From an uncultured Rickettsiales bacterium (lineage in GTDB: Bacteria > Myxococcota_A > UBA796 > UBA9615), in the NCBI GenBank assembly GCA_964512225.1, contig CAZEKB010000030.1, positions 2,374-66,373 of the forward strand: a stretch of 64,000 nucleotides of DNA, read 5' to 3'. Numbering within the stretch: position 1 is the first letter of the stretch; each line of letters starts with the position of its first letter. Shown here piece by piece: positions 42,101 to 51,901 of this stretch. The position numbers and the translations under genes were made by a program. Below the pieces are notes generated by a model that was not told the origin of the DNA, ran no database searches, and saw only the letters and a program-made list of their open reading frames with translations.

Positions 42101-43004
42101 CGCGGCCGTCGTGGGAGTTCGTCCACAGGTTCCAGGTGCCCTGCAGCCGCCGACGGCCCGTGTTGGTCGTCTCGTAGTCCTCGTCGTAGGTCCAGCGCTG
42201 CACGTCGAAGTACCCGAACAGCTCCATGTCCGTGCCCGACCAGCGGATGGCCTCGTAGTCGCGGTCTTCGATCCTGAGGAAGCTGTTGCGCACCACCACC
42301 TCGGCGGCCGTGCAGTCGTCGAAGTGATAGAAGAACCAGCACAGGGGCATGGCGCCGTCTTCGGGCCAGTTGGGGTCGACCTCGCTGATGGGCTCGGCCA
42401 GGAACGCCGACGTGATCTCCAGGTAGTCCTCGCTCACGATCGGCGCGTTGCCCGACGTGCTGTCGGTGACCGCCCAGCTCATCGGCTCGAGGGCGACGGA
42501 CTCCTGGGCGTAGAAGTTCCAGTTCGTGATGACGTTGCTGGTCCAGTCGACGCGCATGTACTCGCGCTCGTGCCACAGCCGGTCGCTGCTGTTCTCCACG
42601 AGCACGTTGCCCTCTTCGCCCGTCGTCGGGTTGTAGTCCCGGCGGATGTCGAAGTGCGACTCGATGGGCCAGGCGGCCACCGGCGAGCCCTCGTACTCCC
42701 CGTCGGGCGCCACGTCCGGGTCCGAGCCCTCGATGCGCTGGTAGGAACGCAGCGCGATGAGGAGGTTCTCTTCGATGCGCCAGCGGATGCGCTCGAGCTC
42801 GCCCTGGTCCCCGATGAAGGTGAACTCGGTCTCGTAGGGCGTGTCGATGACGGTGCGCTGGAAGTACCACTCCCCTTCGAACTGCGACTTCGCGATCGCG
42901 TTCTCCTGCACCTGGATGACGGGCTCGCGGGCCTCGGGGCACGCGGTCAGCGACACGGAAATCACGAGCGCGGCGAACGCCGGCGCGAAGGAACGAAGAT
43001 GCAT
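39162..43004 (-). CDS. Large zincin-type metalloprotease lipoprotein (1280 aa).
   Basis: ATG at 43004 with a Shine-Dalgarno-like AGGAGGG upstream. Lipobox VSLTACPE. HExxH catalytic motif in VAHEMGHTFGLRHN. Size and motifs match the large bacterial Zn-dependent metalloprotease lipoprotein family. Confidence 0.85.
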   Translation of the reverse strand: MHLRSFAPAFAALVISVSLTACPEAREPVIQVQENAIAKSQFEGEWYFQRTVIDTPYETEFTFIGDQGELERIRWRIEENLLIALRSYQRIEGSDPDVAPDGEYEGSPVAAWPIESHFDIRRDYNPTTGEEGNVLVENSSDRLWHEREYMRVDWTSNVITNWNFYAQESVALEPMSWAVTDSTSGNAPIVSEDYLEITSAFLAEPISEVDPNWPEDGAMPLCWFFYHFDDCTAAEVVVRNSFLRIEDRDYEAIRWSGTDMELFGYFDVQRWTYDEDYETTNTGRRRLQGTWNLWTNSHDGRACEAPEEGASDSCSDVVGSRCDTLEGECTTPFRERGVRNIAYHVSPGLDERLYDAIAEVVDQWNVPFRDTVNGLRYWECLDAGGEDSACAGADDLDLEIVVLCHNPVEAGDHAACGPEGLSPRLGDLRYNLVWSVENPGRGNPFGFGPAQLDPITGEVVSAAAIIYEAPIRSYAARSRDIVQLLNGEIDEDDFIVGNHVADWVGERNAELLGKTPLTPDEVADLADDVQLRHRAAIPRYEGMERTSAGAARAKRAVQELLVDFAPTAASRDRSQERLDALIGTPIESMLVDDEAVILAGRRPGDAINEAMMEAASPLRHVRDQRRRFASKKRMERNAERCVYHREYADPSLVGYAAEYAGVDPEEIAWDILAGVYKGTVAHEMGHTFGLRHNLKGSADPLNYGPSYWELRDDGDRAVRYLDPETPEEIAAGIRQYQTSSVMDYLSRFNSDHEGVKPYDRAAIKYGYGRLMEVFYGDELADTNGCLINDLYQSQLWGESVPLLYDCEDGEPRPFHYTEYPDVLGSLDDRLDVPQRLLSDEWDISGFWGSNHDYMVWNDDGFFWWPVVPYKFCSDEFVGSDIDCLYFDEGADLYEIPLDLVGRYERNYILHNFSRDAQFFNGDGHTWWIWDAFFDPMINFNQWWVLDAQFNASYLSEEDYAAYYDSDEAYRVLTMGARETFNVFARNLARPIPGTYSKVEDPEGTEAWQESFSGTELVGLADGRFLSTAWDFDEGYFWDDAIQRLGFMGEKILALEALFDPTTYFLGQDQSSDLRRYRVNYALDFGPQLEDLVGSLITGERPAFAPYELDGDVYFPDYADPDRALPPLAVPINPAADFTLQLHTIVLALTLLPDTFDSSLINSTRIWLDGSGDEIETTRPVVAHNDPDTGLTYEAASYIEGEGEDAVETGIAARMVGRANRLVSLIDHALAAIELLDPTADAEEIAELEANVAALRLELSLHRENLNLLRAVHLELGMIDF

Positions 43005-43095
43005 CAGGCCCTCCTGAGAAGTCCATCTTAGAGAAGTCGCGCGGGGGGAGGCGGGCCGGCGCGTACCGGATGGTCGTCGCGCTATCCTCGGCGCC

Positions 43096-44088
43096 GTGAT
43101 CACGTCGCCCCTGACGGTCGAGCCGCTCCCCCCCGCGCCCACGGATTCGCTGCCCGGCGCGGTCGCCGTCGCGGGGCCGGAGCTGGCCTTCGGGCTGCGC
43201 AGCGGCGGGGTCCTCATCTACACCGACGGCACGCTCCGCCTCGCCGACGGGCGCCGCGTCCCGGACCTGTTCCCGGGCATCTGCCTCGGCGTCCAGATCG
43301 GGCGCACGGGGCTGATCCTGCTGGGGGAGGAGGCGGCCGGCGACTACGGCGAGCCCGCGCCGACCTCGCTGCTGTACCTGCCCACGCGCGACACCGACAC
43401 CCACGTGCCCCCCTTCCGCATCCCCCTGGGGCGGGGATCCTGGTCGATGGTGCGCGGCAGCCGGTCCGACTCCGTGCTGGTCTACGACCGGTCCTCCGTG
43501 ACCGCCCGGGGCGCGATGGCGATCCGCGCGTCCACCGGCGAGCTGCTCTGGCAGACCGCGCACGGGACGGCGTTCCGGCGCATGCGCTGGGCGGGGCCGC
43601 GGGCCCTGGGGATGACCGACGCCGGGGAGCTCGTGGCCGTGCACGGCCGACGGGGCGAGATCGACGAGCGTCGCCGCCTCCCCCCGCCTCCGGAGGGGGG
43701 CCGCTGGACCGCCTGGACGGGCACCCTCGACGACCTGGTCCTCGCGGGGGCGACGCCGTCCCGGTTCGTCGTGGGCCGCGTGGTCGGCGCGGCCCTGCGC
43801 GACGTGCGGGAGGTGCTCGTGGCGGAGGCGATGCCGGACGATCCCGAGCTCCCGCCCGCGGTGGCCGACGTGGAGGATCTGGGCGACGGTCGGCGCCTGC
43901 TCATCCTCGGGGGCGACGGGCAGACCGCCCGCCCCGAGTCCACCGCGTGCGTCGCGGCCGTGGTCGACGACCGGGGCTGGTCCTTCGCCGAGCTCGACCA
44001 CGCCCGGGCCTGCTGCGCGGTGCTCGAGTACGACGGCGGCTGGCTCGTCCAGTGCGGGCACAGCCTGCGCCTGGTGCGCGTGGGCTGA
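43096..44088 (+). CDS. Hypothetical protein (330 aa).
   Basis: ORF 43096..44088 has balanced composition (not Arg/Pro-dominated). It is divergent from the metalloprotease gene. No motif recognised. The antisense ORF 41848..44091 has junk composition. Confidence 0.4.
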   Translation: MITSPLTVEPLPPAPTDSLPGAVAVAGPELAFGLRSGGVLIYTDGTLRLADGRRVPDLFPGICLGVQIGRTGLILLGEEAAGDYGEPAPTSLLYLPTRDTDTHVPPFRIPLGRGSWSMVRGSRSDSVLVYDRSSVTARGAMAIRASTGELLWQTAHGTAFRRMRWAGPRALGMTDAGELVAVHGRRGEIDERRRLPPPPEGGRWTAWTGTLDDLVLAGATPSRFVVGRVVGAALRDVREVLVAEAMPDDPELPPAVADVEDLGDGRRLLILGGDGQTARPESTACVAAVVDDRGWSFAELDHARACCAVLEYDGGWLVQCGHSLRLVRVG

Positions 44089-44097
44089 CAACCCCGG

Positions 44098-46440
44098 TCA
44101 GTCGGCCTTCAGCTGGTCCGCGAACACGGCCGGATCGCTCGTCGGCAGCTTGCACGTGCCCCGCTCGCAGACGTACGCCGTGACCTCCCCGCCCCGGGCC
44201 CGCTTGCCCGCCACCAGGGGGACCACCTCGGCCAGCGCGTCGAGCCGCGACTCGTCGGTCACGACGAGGATCCGGTTGGGCAGGAACGTCCGCCGCAGCT
44301 CGGCGAGCAGGGGCCGAGCGGCGGCGTAGGCGTCGGTCCCGGCGGGGGCCACGAGGATGACCTCCCGCACGCGATCGGCGCGCCAGTCGAGGGCGACGAG
44401 CCCGTCCGACAGCGCCCGGGGCGCGCGCGTGAACATCCCCGACAGCGAGTGCACCGTCGCGTCGGCGCGCTCGCGGTAGGCGTCGTCGGTCGTGAACTCG
44501 GCGAGCCGCAGGAGATTCAGCAGCTGGATCGACGTCCCGGACGGTCGCGCGCCGTCCTGGGCCGGCTTCTCCCGCACCAGGAGCGCCTCGCCGTCGGCCG
44601 GGGTGCGGAAGTAGCCCCCGCCCTCGGCGTCCTCGAAGTGGGCCGCGAGCACGGCGTCCAGCTCGATGGCCGACTTCAGGCGCCCCGGATCGCCCGTCGC
44701 CTCGTAGAGGTCGAGCAGCCCGGCGATGAAGAAGGCGTAGTCGTCCAGGACCCCCTCGGCGCCGAAGACGTCGGCGTTCCAGCTGCGGAACAGGCGTCCG
44801 TCGGGGCGCCGCATCGTCCCGAGCACGAAGTCCGCCGCCCCGGCGGCGGCGGCCGCGCAGGCGGGCTCGGCGAGCACCAGCCCCCCCAGCGCGAAGGCCG
44901 ACAACAAGAGGCCGTTCCAGCCCGCGAGGACCTTGTCGTCGCGCAGCGGGGGGGGGCGCTCGGACCGGGCGGCGTAGAGCTTCGCGCGGGCGGCGTCGAG
45001 CGTGCGGCCCAGGTCCTCGGCGGTGGTCCCGAGGCCCGCGGCCGTCTCCGCGAGGGCGCGCACCGGGTGCAGGATGTTCCGCCCCTCGAAGTTGCCCTTC
45101 GGCGTGACGCCGTAGTGGGACGACACCGCCGCCGCCACGTCGTCGCCGAGGACGGCCGCCAGCTCGGTCGGCGTCCACGTGAAGAACCAGCCCTCCTCCC
45201 GGTGGCCGTCGGGCGTGGGCGAGTCCGCGTCCGTGGCGGAGTAGAAGCCGCCCCCGGGCGCGGTCATCTCGCGCTGGACGTAGCCGAGCACGTCGCGGGC
45301 CACCGCTGCGAACCCCGCGTCGCCGGTGACCTGGAAGCCCTCGAGGTACGCGGGCACGAGCAGCCCCTGGTCGTAGAGCATCTTCTCGAAGTGGGGCACG
45401 AGCCACAGGGGGTCCACCGAGTACCGGTGGAAGCCGCCGCCCACGTGGTCGTACATGCCGCCGTCGGCCATCTTGCGCAGGGTCAGCTCCGCCATCTCGA
45501 GCAGCGAGGCCTCCCCCGTCCGCCGATGGCGACGCAGCAGCCACCGGATCGGCAGGCTGGACGGGAACTTGTTGCCCCGGTTGCCGAGGCCCCCGTGCTT
45601 GGGGTCGAAGCTGGTCCGGTAGGCGCGGATCGCGGTCTCCGCCGCGGCCTCCACGTCCACGTCCCCCACCGCCGCCGGGGGCGCCGACATCTGGCGGATC
45701 CGCTCGGCCAGCTGCTCCCCCGCGGCGGCGACGCGCTCCGGGTTGGTGTCGTAGTGGTCGCGCAGCGCGTGGAGCAGCGTGAGGAACCCGGTGCGGGTCC
45801 CCCGGTCGCCGTCGCGGGGCGGGAAGTAGGTGCCCCCGTAGAAGGGTCGCCGGTCGGGAGCGAGCCACGTGGACATGGGCCACCCGCCGCGCCCGGTGAG
45901 GGCCTGCACCGCGGACATGTACACCGAGTCCACGTCCGGCCGCTCCTCCCGGTCGACCTTGATCGCCACGTACTTGCGGTTGAGCACCTCGGCGATCTCG
46001 AGGTCCTCGAACGACTCCTCCTCCATCACGTGGCACCAGTGACAGGTCGAGTACCCGATCGACAGGAACACCGGCCGCCCCAGCCGCTTCGCCTTCTCGA
46101 AGGCCTCGTCGCCCCAGGGGTGCCAGTCGACGGGGTTGTGCGCGTGCTGCTGCAGGTACGGGCTCGACTCGAGCGCGAGGCGGTTGGTGAACAGCGGGCG
46201 GCCGCGACCGTCGACGTGCCGGGTGCGCGGGCGCCACTCGGGGGGCTTGCCCGCGATGCGCTCGGCGAGGCGGAGGCGGAGGGGGTCGTCCGGCGACTCG
46301 GCGCCCGGGAGGGGATGGAAGACGACATCGTTCACGAGGACGGCTCCGTCGGGGAGGGGTTCGGGAGTGGGGGGCTGGGCGGGCGCTCCCGCGGCGCAAG
46401 CCAGACCGAGGACGAGCAGGGCGGCGATTCGCGGGAGCAC
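44098..46440 (-). CDS. YyaL-family thioredoxin-domain protein (DUF255 plus a six-hairpin glycosidase-like domain), secreted, 780 aa.
   Basis: Signal peptide [18 protein letters not shown]. Thioredoxin-like motif [24 protein letters not shown], plus HFEKMLYDQ and related motifs typical of YyaL/SSP411. Confidence 0.85.
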   Translation of the reverse strand: MLPRIAALLVLGLACAAGAPAQPPTPEPLPDGAVLVNDVVFHPLPGAESPDDPLRLRLAERIAGKPPEWRPRTRHVDGRGRPLFTNRLALESSPYLQQHAHNPVDWHPWGDEAFEKAKRLGRPVFLSIGYSTCHWCHVMEEESFEDLEIAEVLNRKYVAIKVDREERPDVDSVYMSAVQALTGRGGWPMSTWLAPDRRPFYGGTYFPPRDGDRGTRTGFLTLLHALRDHYDTNPERVAAAGEQLAERIRQMSAPPAAVGDVDVEAAAETAIRAYRTSFDPKHGGLGNRGNKFPSSLPIRWLLRRHRRTGEASLLEMAELTLRKMADGGMYDHVGGGFHRYSVDPLWLVPHFEKMLYDQGLLVPAYLEGFQVTGDAGFAAVARDVLGYVQREMTAPGGGFYSATDADSPTPDGHREEGWFFTWTPTELAAVLGDDVAAAVSSHYGVTPKGNFEGRNILHPVRALAETAAGLGTTAEDLGRTLDAARAKLYAARSERPPPLRDDKVLAGWNGLLLSAFALGGLVLAEPACAAAAAGAADFVLGTMRRPDGRLFRSWNADVFGAEGVLDDYAFFIAGLLDLYEATGDPGRLKSAIELDAVLAAHFEDAEGGGYFRTPADGEALLVREKPAQDGARPSGTSIQLLNLLRLAEFTTDDAYRERADATVHSLSGMFTRAPRALSDGLVALDWRADRVREVILVAPAGTDAYAAARPLLAELRRTFLPNRILVVTDESRLDALAEVVPLVAGKRARGGEVTAYVCERGTCKLPTSDPAVFADQLKAD

Positions 46441-46499
46441 CGCGCCATCCTACGGGGCGTGCCCGGTCGGCCGGTGCCCGCCGCCGCTAAACTGCGCCG

Positions 46500-47675
46500 A
46501 TGCTCGCCCGCACCGCGCTGTGGATCGCCGTCGCCGCGCTCGTCGCTCCCGGAACGGCGGGCGCCGCGTCCGGGGACACCGACGCCTTCGGCTACACGGC
46601 GCGCAGCAGCACGGACGGCGGGTCGCCGTACTCCTACACGTCGGTCACCAGCGGCACGTACCGGGCCCTGCTCGATGAAGACTTCCGCACCGTCCAGCTC
46701 CCGTTCCCGTTCACCTTCTACGGGACCAGCCACGGCTCGGTGGACATCCACAGCAACGGCGCGCTGACGTTCGGCGCGAGCGGGTTCCTGCCCTGGGACC
46801 GCGAGTGCGGCGGGCTCCTGTCCCTCAGCCCTCGGATCTGGGTCTGGTACGACGACCTCGACCCCACCGACATCCCCCTCGTCACGCCGCTGCCGGGGGT
46901 GTACAGCAGCGTCGTCGGCGAAGCCCCGGACCGCGTGTTCGTCGTGGAGTGGTTCCAGATCCCGCTGTACGAGGTCGCCGACCCGCTCAGCTTCGAGGTG
47001 AAGCTGTTCGAGACGGACGGTCGCGTGGAGCTGCACTTCGCCGACACCCAGACCAGCGACGGTTCGCGCAACGGCGGCGCGACGGCGGCGGTGGGCATCT
47101 CCAACGCGGACAGCGACCCCCTGCTCTTCTCCTGCGATCAGGCGGTCCTCTCCGCGGGCTTCGCGGTCACCTTCTATCCGCCCTGCGACGACGTCGACGG
47201 CGACGGGTTCTGCCCCGGCCCCGCGCCCGATCCCGAGGACCGGGACTGCGACGACACCGACCGCCACGTGCACCCCGGCGCGGAGGAGCGCTGCAACGCG
47301 ATCGACGACGACTGCGACGGCGACGTGCCCGACGACGAGCGGGACGGCGACGGCGACGACGAGGCCCCCTGCGCGGGCGACTGCGACGACGAAGAGGCCA
47401 CCGTCCACTCCGGCGCCGAGGAGGTGTGCAACGAGGTCGACGACGACTGCGACGGCGAGGCCGACGAGGACCTCGACTGCGACCCCGTCGACGACGACGA
47501 CGCGGCCGACGACGACACCACCGACGACGACGACGCAGCCGGGGGGATCCCCTACGGCTGCCTCGTGCGCTGCTCGGGAGCGGGGCCCGTCGCCCCGCCC
47601 GGCGCCCTCGCGGCCCTTGCAGTGATCCTGTGGACCGGCCGACGGCGGCGCGACCGGGCCGATCCGGTGCCTTGA
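46500..47675 (+). CDS. Secreted protein with MopE-like metal-binding motifs and a C-terminal MYXO-CTERM-type sorting signal (391 aa).
   Basis: Signal peptide MLARTALWIAVAALVAPGTAGAA. C-terminal CxDxDxDG motifs. Terminal segment GCLVRCSGAGPVAPPGALAALAVILWTGRRRRD (Cys, a hydrophobic helix, then an Arg-rich tail). Confidence 0.7.
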   Translation: MLARTALWIAVAALVAPGTAGAASGDTDAFGYTARSSTDGGSPYSYTSVTSGTYRALLDEDFRTVQLPFPFTFYGTSHGSVDIHSNGALTFGASGFLPWDRECGGLLSLSPRIWVWYDDLDPTDIPLVTPLPGVYSSVVGEAPDRVFVVEWFQIPLYEVADPLSFEVKLFETDGRVELHFADTQTSDGSRNGGATAAVGISNADSDPLLFSCDQAVLSAGFAVTFYPPCDDVDGDGFCPGPAPDPEDRDCDDTDRHVHPGAEERCNAIDDDCDGDVPDDERDGDGDDEAPCAGDCDDEEATVHSGAEEVCNEVDDDCDGEADEDLDCDPVDDDDAADDDTTDDDDAAGGIPYGCLVRCSGAGPVAPPGALAALAVILWTGRRRRDRADPVP

Positions 47676-47724
47676 CGGGGACCGCCGGGCCACGCAGTCT
47701 CACTCGGATCCTTTGGAGTCTTCG

Positions 47725-48450
47725 ATGTCGATCTATCGCCTGACCCTGACCGTCGCCCTCGGCCTCTTCGCCATGGTGGCCTGCAACGACCGGCGCGGCA
47801 GCGGCGGGACCCCCGGCGACGACGACGACGACAGCGCCCCCGTGGACGACGACGACGCGGTCGACGACGACGACGCCACCGGCGACGACGACGACGCCAC
47901 CGACGACGACGACGCGGTCCCCGGCGACGCGCTCGTCTTCAACCAGCTCCCCGTGGGCCTCGACATCCCCGCCCTGAGCGCCTTCTTCGTGTACGAGGTC
48001 GGCGAGCAGGTGGTGAAGCAGGTCGTGGCGGGCGAAGGCGTCAGCTGCGCGGACTTCCAGGCGTGGTCCGTCGAGCTCGAGGAGCTCATCGCGCTGAACC
48101 TCGATCCGGAGCTGTTCAACCAGAGCCGCGACAGCCTGTTCAAGGACTACTTCGAGCCGGGCTGGCACGGCTCCTTCGACGTGACCACGGCGGGTCCGCT
48201 GGTGCCGGGTCCGGTGAACAGCGCGAACATGCAGCTGAACGAGTACTTCGACATCGGGGCGGGCTCCGCGCCCTACCAGGTGGCCGATCAGCTCCAGTCG
48301 GGGACCATCATCTCCGGGGCGATCGACGGGGTGGGCAGCACGGTCGAGGGCTGGGCCCAGCTGCAGGGCAACTGGTACGACTCGACGATCGGGTCCAACC
48401 AGAGCCTCACCTTCTTCATCTCGTTCAACCTCCCCGTCTGCAACATCTGA
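47725..48450 (+). CDS. Hypothetical lipoprotein with a poly-Asp linker (241 aa).
   Basis: MSIYRLTLTVALGLFAMVACN, then GDDDDDSAPVDDDDAVDDDDATGDDDDATDDDDAV. The Shine-Dalgarno sequence GGAG lies 6 nt upstream of ATG. Confidence 0.6.
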   Translation: MSIYRLTLTVALGLFAMVACNDRRGSGGTPGDDDDDSAPVDDDDAVDDDDATGDDDDATDDDDAVPGDALVFNQLPVGLDIPALSAFFVYEVGEQVVKQVVAGEGVSCADFQAWSVELEELIALNLDPELFNQSRDSLFKDYFEPGWHGSFDVTTAGPLVPGPVNSANMQLNEYFDIGAGSAPYQVADQLQSGTIISGAIDGVGSTVEGWAQLQGNWYDSTIGSNQSLTFFISFNLPVCNI

Positions 48451-48457
48451 CGCGACG

Positions 48458-49444
48458 GTGGGTCTCGCCGAGCTGGAGCGCCGCGGGCTGATCGCGCCGG
48501 GCGAGCTCCCCGCCGTGCGCCGGGTGGCCGAGCGGTACGCCGTGGCCGCGACCCCGCACGTGCTCGATCTCATCGACCCGGCCGACCCCGCCGACCCCAT
48601 CGCCGCCCAGTACGTCCCCCGCGGGGCGGAGCTCGTCGTCCGGCCCGAGGAGCTCGCGGACCCCATCGGCGACGGAGCGCACTCCCCCGTGGAGGGCATC
48701 GTCCACCGCCACCCGGATCGGGTCCTCCTCAAGCCGCTGCTCGTATGCCCCGTCTACTGCCGGTTCTGCTTCCGCCGCGAGGTGGTGGGCCCGGGCGGGG
48801 GCTCGCTCTCGGACGACCAGCTGGAGGCGGCGCTGGACTACGTCCGCGGCCGCCCGGGGATCCGCGAGGTCATCCTCACCGGCGGGGACCCGCTCGTGCT
48901 CTCCCCGCGGCGGCTCCGGGGGCTGGTCTCGGCCCTGTCGGCCATCGACCACGTGGACACGCTGCGGGTCCACACCCGCGTGCCCGTGGCGGCCCCCGAC
49001 CGGGTCACGGACGAGCTCGTCGCGGCCCTGGGCGGCGCCACCCCCACGTGGATCGTGCTGCACGCGAACCACGCCCGGGAGCTCACCGACGCGGCCGCGG
49101 CGGCGTGCGCGCGGATCGTCGACGCCGGGCTGCCGATGCTCTCCCAGTCCGTGCTGCTGCGGGGCGTGAACGACGACGCCGAGGTCCTCGAAGCGCTGCT
49201 CCGGGCCCTCGTCCGGGCGCGGATCAAGCCCTACTACCTGCACCACCCGGACCTCGCCCGGGGCACGGGTCACTTCCGCGTGGGCGTGGAGCGCGGGCGG
49301 GCGCTGATGGCGGAGCTGCGAGGCCGGATCTCGGGCCTGTGCATGCCCACGTACGTGCTCGATCTGCCCGGGGGCCGCGGGAAGGTCCCGCTCGAGGACG
49401 CCTACTCGACGACCGCCGCGCCCTGGTCTTCGATGAGCGTGTAG
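48458..49444 (+). CDS. Lysine 2,3-aminomutase family radical-SAM enzyme (KamA/EpmB-like), 328 aa.
   Basis: CxxxCxxC motif CPVYCRFCFRR. Its length and flanking motifs (ILTGGDPL) fit EpmB/KamA. Confidence 0.85.
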   Translation: MGLAELERRGLIAPGELPAVRRVAERYAVAATPHVLDLIDPADPADPIAAQYVPRGAELVVRPEELADPIGDGAHSPVEGIVHRHPDRVLLKPLLVCPVYCRFCFRREVVGPGGGSLSDDQLEAALDYVRGRPGIREVILTGGDPLVLSPRRLRGLVSALSAIDHVDTLRVHTRVPVAAPDRVTDELVAALGGATPTWIVLHANHARELTDAAAAACARIVDAGLPMLSQSVLLRGVNDDAEVLEALLRALVRARIKPYYLHHPDLARGTGHFRVGVERGRALMAELRGRISGLCMPTYVLDLPGGRGKVPLEDAYSTTAAPWSSMSV

Positions 49445-50463
49445 GTCACGCGGACGCGCGTGAGCGGGTCCGGGATGTGCTCGATCGGGAACGTCACCGA
49501 GTTGGCGACCTTGTCGTAGGCCCACGTGCCGTCCTCGGCCTCCACGTCGTCGAGCCACACCTGCAGGGTGCTCTCGTCGGGCACGCGACGGAGGTAGAAG
49601 GAGCGCTTGAGGCCCGCGGCCTCGAGGCCCAGCTCCACGAGGAAGTCGGCCCAGTCGGTCGAGCAGATCGACCAGAAGTTGCCGCCCATGGCGTCGATGA
49701 CCTCGTGATAGGCCTCGCCGTACTGACCCTCGTTGTCGAGGACGCTGCAGCCGTTGGGCTCGTCGCCGACGATGCCCGTGAAGATGATCTGGTCCTGCCA
49801 GGTCCAGGGCCGCAGACCCTGGAGCCACGGGATGTACTCGTCCGGGCCGATCCCGTCGCAGTCGGGGCCGAGCCCGAACGGGGGCACGAAGCTGCCGCTG
49901 TCGTCCTCGTCCGTGACGATGATGACCGACAGGAGGGCGTCGGGCCGGGTGAACCCGTCGTTCCAGCCGCCCTGGCCGGCGCGGGCGTTGAGCGCGGTGA
50001 ACGAGGCCTGCAGCCCCATCTCGCAGCTGCCGCTGCCGCCGGACCCCAGGCGAGCCATCTCGTTGAACGTGCCCACGGGATCGGGCGTATCCCGGGAGAT
50101 CCAGCGGACCCCGTTCTTCTCCACGAGGCGGCCCTGCTCGGAGTCGCTCATGCTGCTGAGATCGCCGTCCACGACGCCGATGTGATAGTCGACGGTCGAG
50201 CCGATGAAGTTGCTGATGAAGCCGTCGAAGTTGGTGGCCAGCTCGTCCTGCTCGCCCTCCATGGAGCACGAGCTGTCCACCACGAAGAGGATGTCCGACT
50301 GGGCGACGGTGCGCTGCTGGTACGCGTCCTCCCACTCCGTGGGGCCGAGCGCGTCGGGCTGCTCGAAGAACGCCGGCTCTTCGTAGATCTGCCGCAGCTC
50401 GTTGTCCGAACAGGCGACCAGGGCGGTGGCCGCGAGGAGGAGCGAGAGGGTGCGTGCGTTCAT
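49402..50463 (-). CDS. vWA-domain lipoprotein (353 aa).
   Basis: MNARTLSLLLAATALVACSD. MIDAS motif ILFVVDSSCSMEGE, and IIVTDEDDSG. Confidence 0.8.
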   Translation of the reverse strand: MNARTLSLLLAATALVACSDNELRQIYEEPAFFEQPDALGPTEWEDAYQQRTVAQSDILFVVDSSCSMEGEQDELATNFDGFISNFIGSTVDYHIGVVDGDLSSMSDSEQGRLVEKNGVRWISRDTPDPVGTFNEMARLGSGGSGSCEMGLQASFTALNARAGQGGWNDGFTRPDALLSVIIVTDEDDSGSFVPPFGLGPDCDGIGPDEYIPWLQGLRPWTWQDQIIFTGIVGDEPNGCSVLDNEGQYGEAYHEVIDAMGGNFWSICSTDWADFLVELGLEAAGLKRSFYLRRVPDESTLQVWLDDVEAEDGTWAYDKVANSVTFPIEHIPDPLTRVRVTYTLIEDQGAAVVE

Positions 50464-50472
50464 GCGGGAGCC

Positions 50473-51807
50473 CTAGTTTGAGATGTCGATCGAGCCGCCG
50501 ATGTTCTGTTCGCCGATCGCGTTCACGAGGCCCTGCGCCTGCTCGTTGGTGAGCTGCTGGTTGTTCGTGACCTGGAAGTTGCCGCCCACGGTCGCCAGGC
50601 CGTGCAGCCCGAGCAGGGTGTTGAGGCTGTCGTTGTTGTCGATGATCAGGTCCGCGGCGATGCTGGTCATGCCCGCCAAGCCGTTCACGTCGACGATCTG
50701 CTCGGCGTTTCGCAGCCGCATCGTGCCCCCGACGGTGGCCACCTGGGACAGGGGCAGCGTGGTGTCGAGGAAGTCCTCGATGATGAGGTCGCCCACCACC
50801 GACCGGAGGTTGTTCAGGCCCGTGATCTCGCTGCTCGCCCCGAACCCCCGGATCTCGAGCTTGCCCTGGATGACGGACACGCCCGCGAACGCCGAATAGG
50901 CCATCGAGTTGCCGCCCTGCACGTAGAGCCCCACGGGCAGGTTGGCGATCTGGGGGAAGCCCGCGAACGAGATCAGGTTCGGGTTGTTCGCGATCCGGAT
51001 CTCGTACCCGGTGCTCCCGATCGGGATCTCCGTGGCGATCTGCGCGAGCTCGTTGAACCCGGCGACCGCGTTCAGCCCCGCGTTGTTCGTGATCTCGATG
51101 ATCCCGCCCAACGTCTGCAGGCTCGGCGGCCCCGAGAAGTTGTTCAGCACCTCGTTGTTGTCGAGGATCAGGTCGCCGCCGATGCTCGTGACGCCGAGCA
51201 GGCCCGTGGTGTCCGCGAGCTGGCTGTTGCTCACGATGATCATGCCCTCGCCGACCACCTCGAGGTTGTTCAGGCCGGTGAGGCTCTGCAGGGAGTGGTT
51301 CTGTTCGACGCGGAGCTCACCGCCGACCGTGCCCAGCGCGGCGAGGTTGGAGATGTTGGCGAGCGCGAAGTTCCGCTCCAGCCGCAGGGACCCCCCGATG
51401 TACTCCAGCCCCTGGAGGCCGTCGAGCGTGACCAGCGACTGGTTCTCGAAGAGCCACACGAAGCCGCTGACGCCGCACAGGCAGTCGAGGCCCTCGAGCG
51501 TGGTGAGGTTGAGTCCGCTGATCCCGAGGTTGCCGTCGACGGCGTCGTAGTCGGCGCAGAAGGCCTCGAAGTCGCTGGGCGAGCTCAAGGGTCCGAAAGC
51601 CAGCTCGCCGCGGAAGACACGGTCGCCATCGAGGCAGCTGCCCGTGCCGTCGTCGTCGTCCGTCGCGTCGTCATCGTCCGTACCGTCGTCGTCGTCGACC
51701 GCATCGTCGTCGTCCGAGCCGCGACCGTCCGTCGGGCAGCCCGTGAGGAGAACCACGAGGGCGCCCGAACCGAACAGGGCAGCAAAGCGCAACAAACCGC
51801 GAATCAT
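50473..51807 (-). CDS. Lipoprotein with leucine-rich / receptor-L-domain-like repeats and a poly-Asp linker.
   Basis: MIRGLLRFAALFGSGALVVLLTGCPTDG, then GSDDDDAVDDDDGTDDDDATDDDDGTGS. About 12 GxLxIxxN-type repeats. ATG at 51807; an alternative GTG lies at 51825. Confidence 0.7.
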   Translation of the reverse strand: MIRGLLRFAALFGSGALVVLLTGCPTDGRGSDDDDAVDDDDGTDDDDATDDDDGTGSCLDGDRVFRGELAFGPLSSPSDFEAFCADYDAVDGNLGISGLNLTTLEGLDCLCGVSGFVWLFENQSLVTLDGLQGLEYIGGSLRLERNFALANISNLAALGTVGGELRVEQNHSLQSLTGLNNLEVVGEGMIIVSNSQLADTTGLLGVTSIGGDLILDNNEVLNNFSGPPSLQTLGGIIEITNNAGLNAVAGFNELAQIATEIPIGSTGYEIRIANNPNLISFAGFPQIANLPVGLYVQGGNSMAYSAFAGVSVIQGKLEIRGFGASSEITGLNNLRSVVGDLIIEDFLDTTLPLSQVATVGGTMRLRNAEQIVDVNGLAGMTSIAADLIIDNNDSLNTLLGLHGLATVGGNFQVTNNQQLTNEQAQGLVNAIGEQNIGGSIDISN

Positions 51808-51901
51808 GAACAAACTCCGGAGCACATTCGGCGGACCCTACCAACGGCCTCGCGGTGGGCCAAGGCGCCATCCGCTCCCGGGCCATCGGCGGCCCGACGG
51901 G

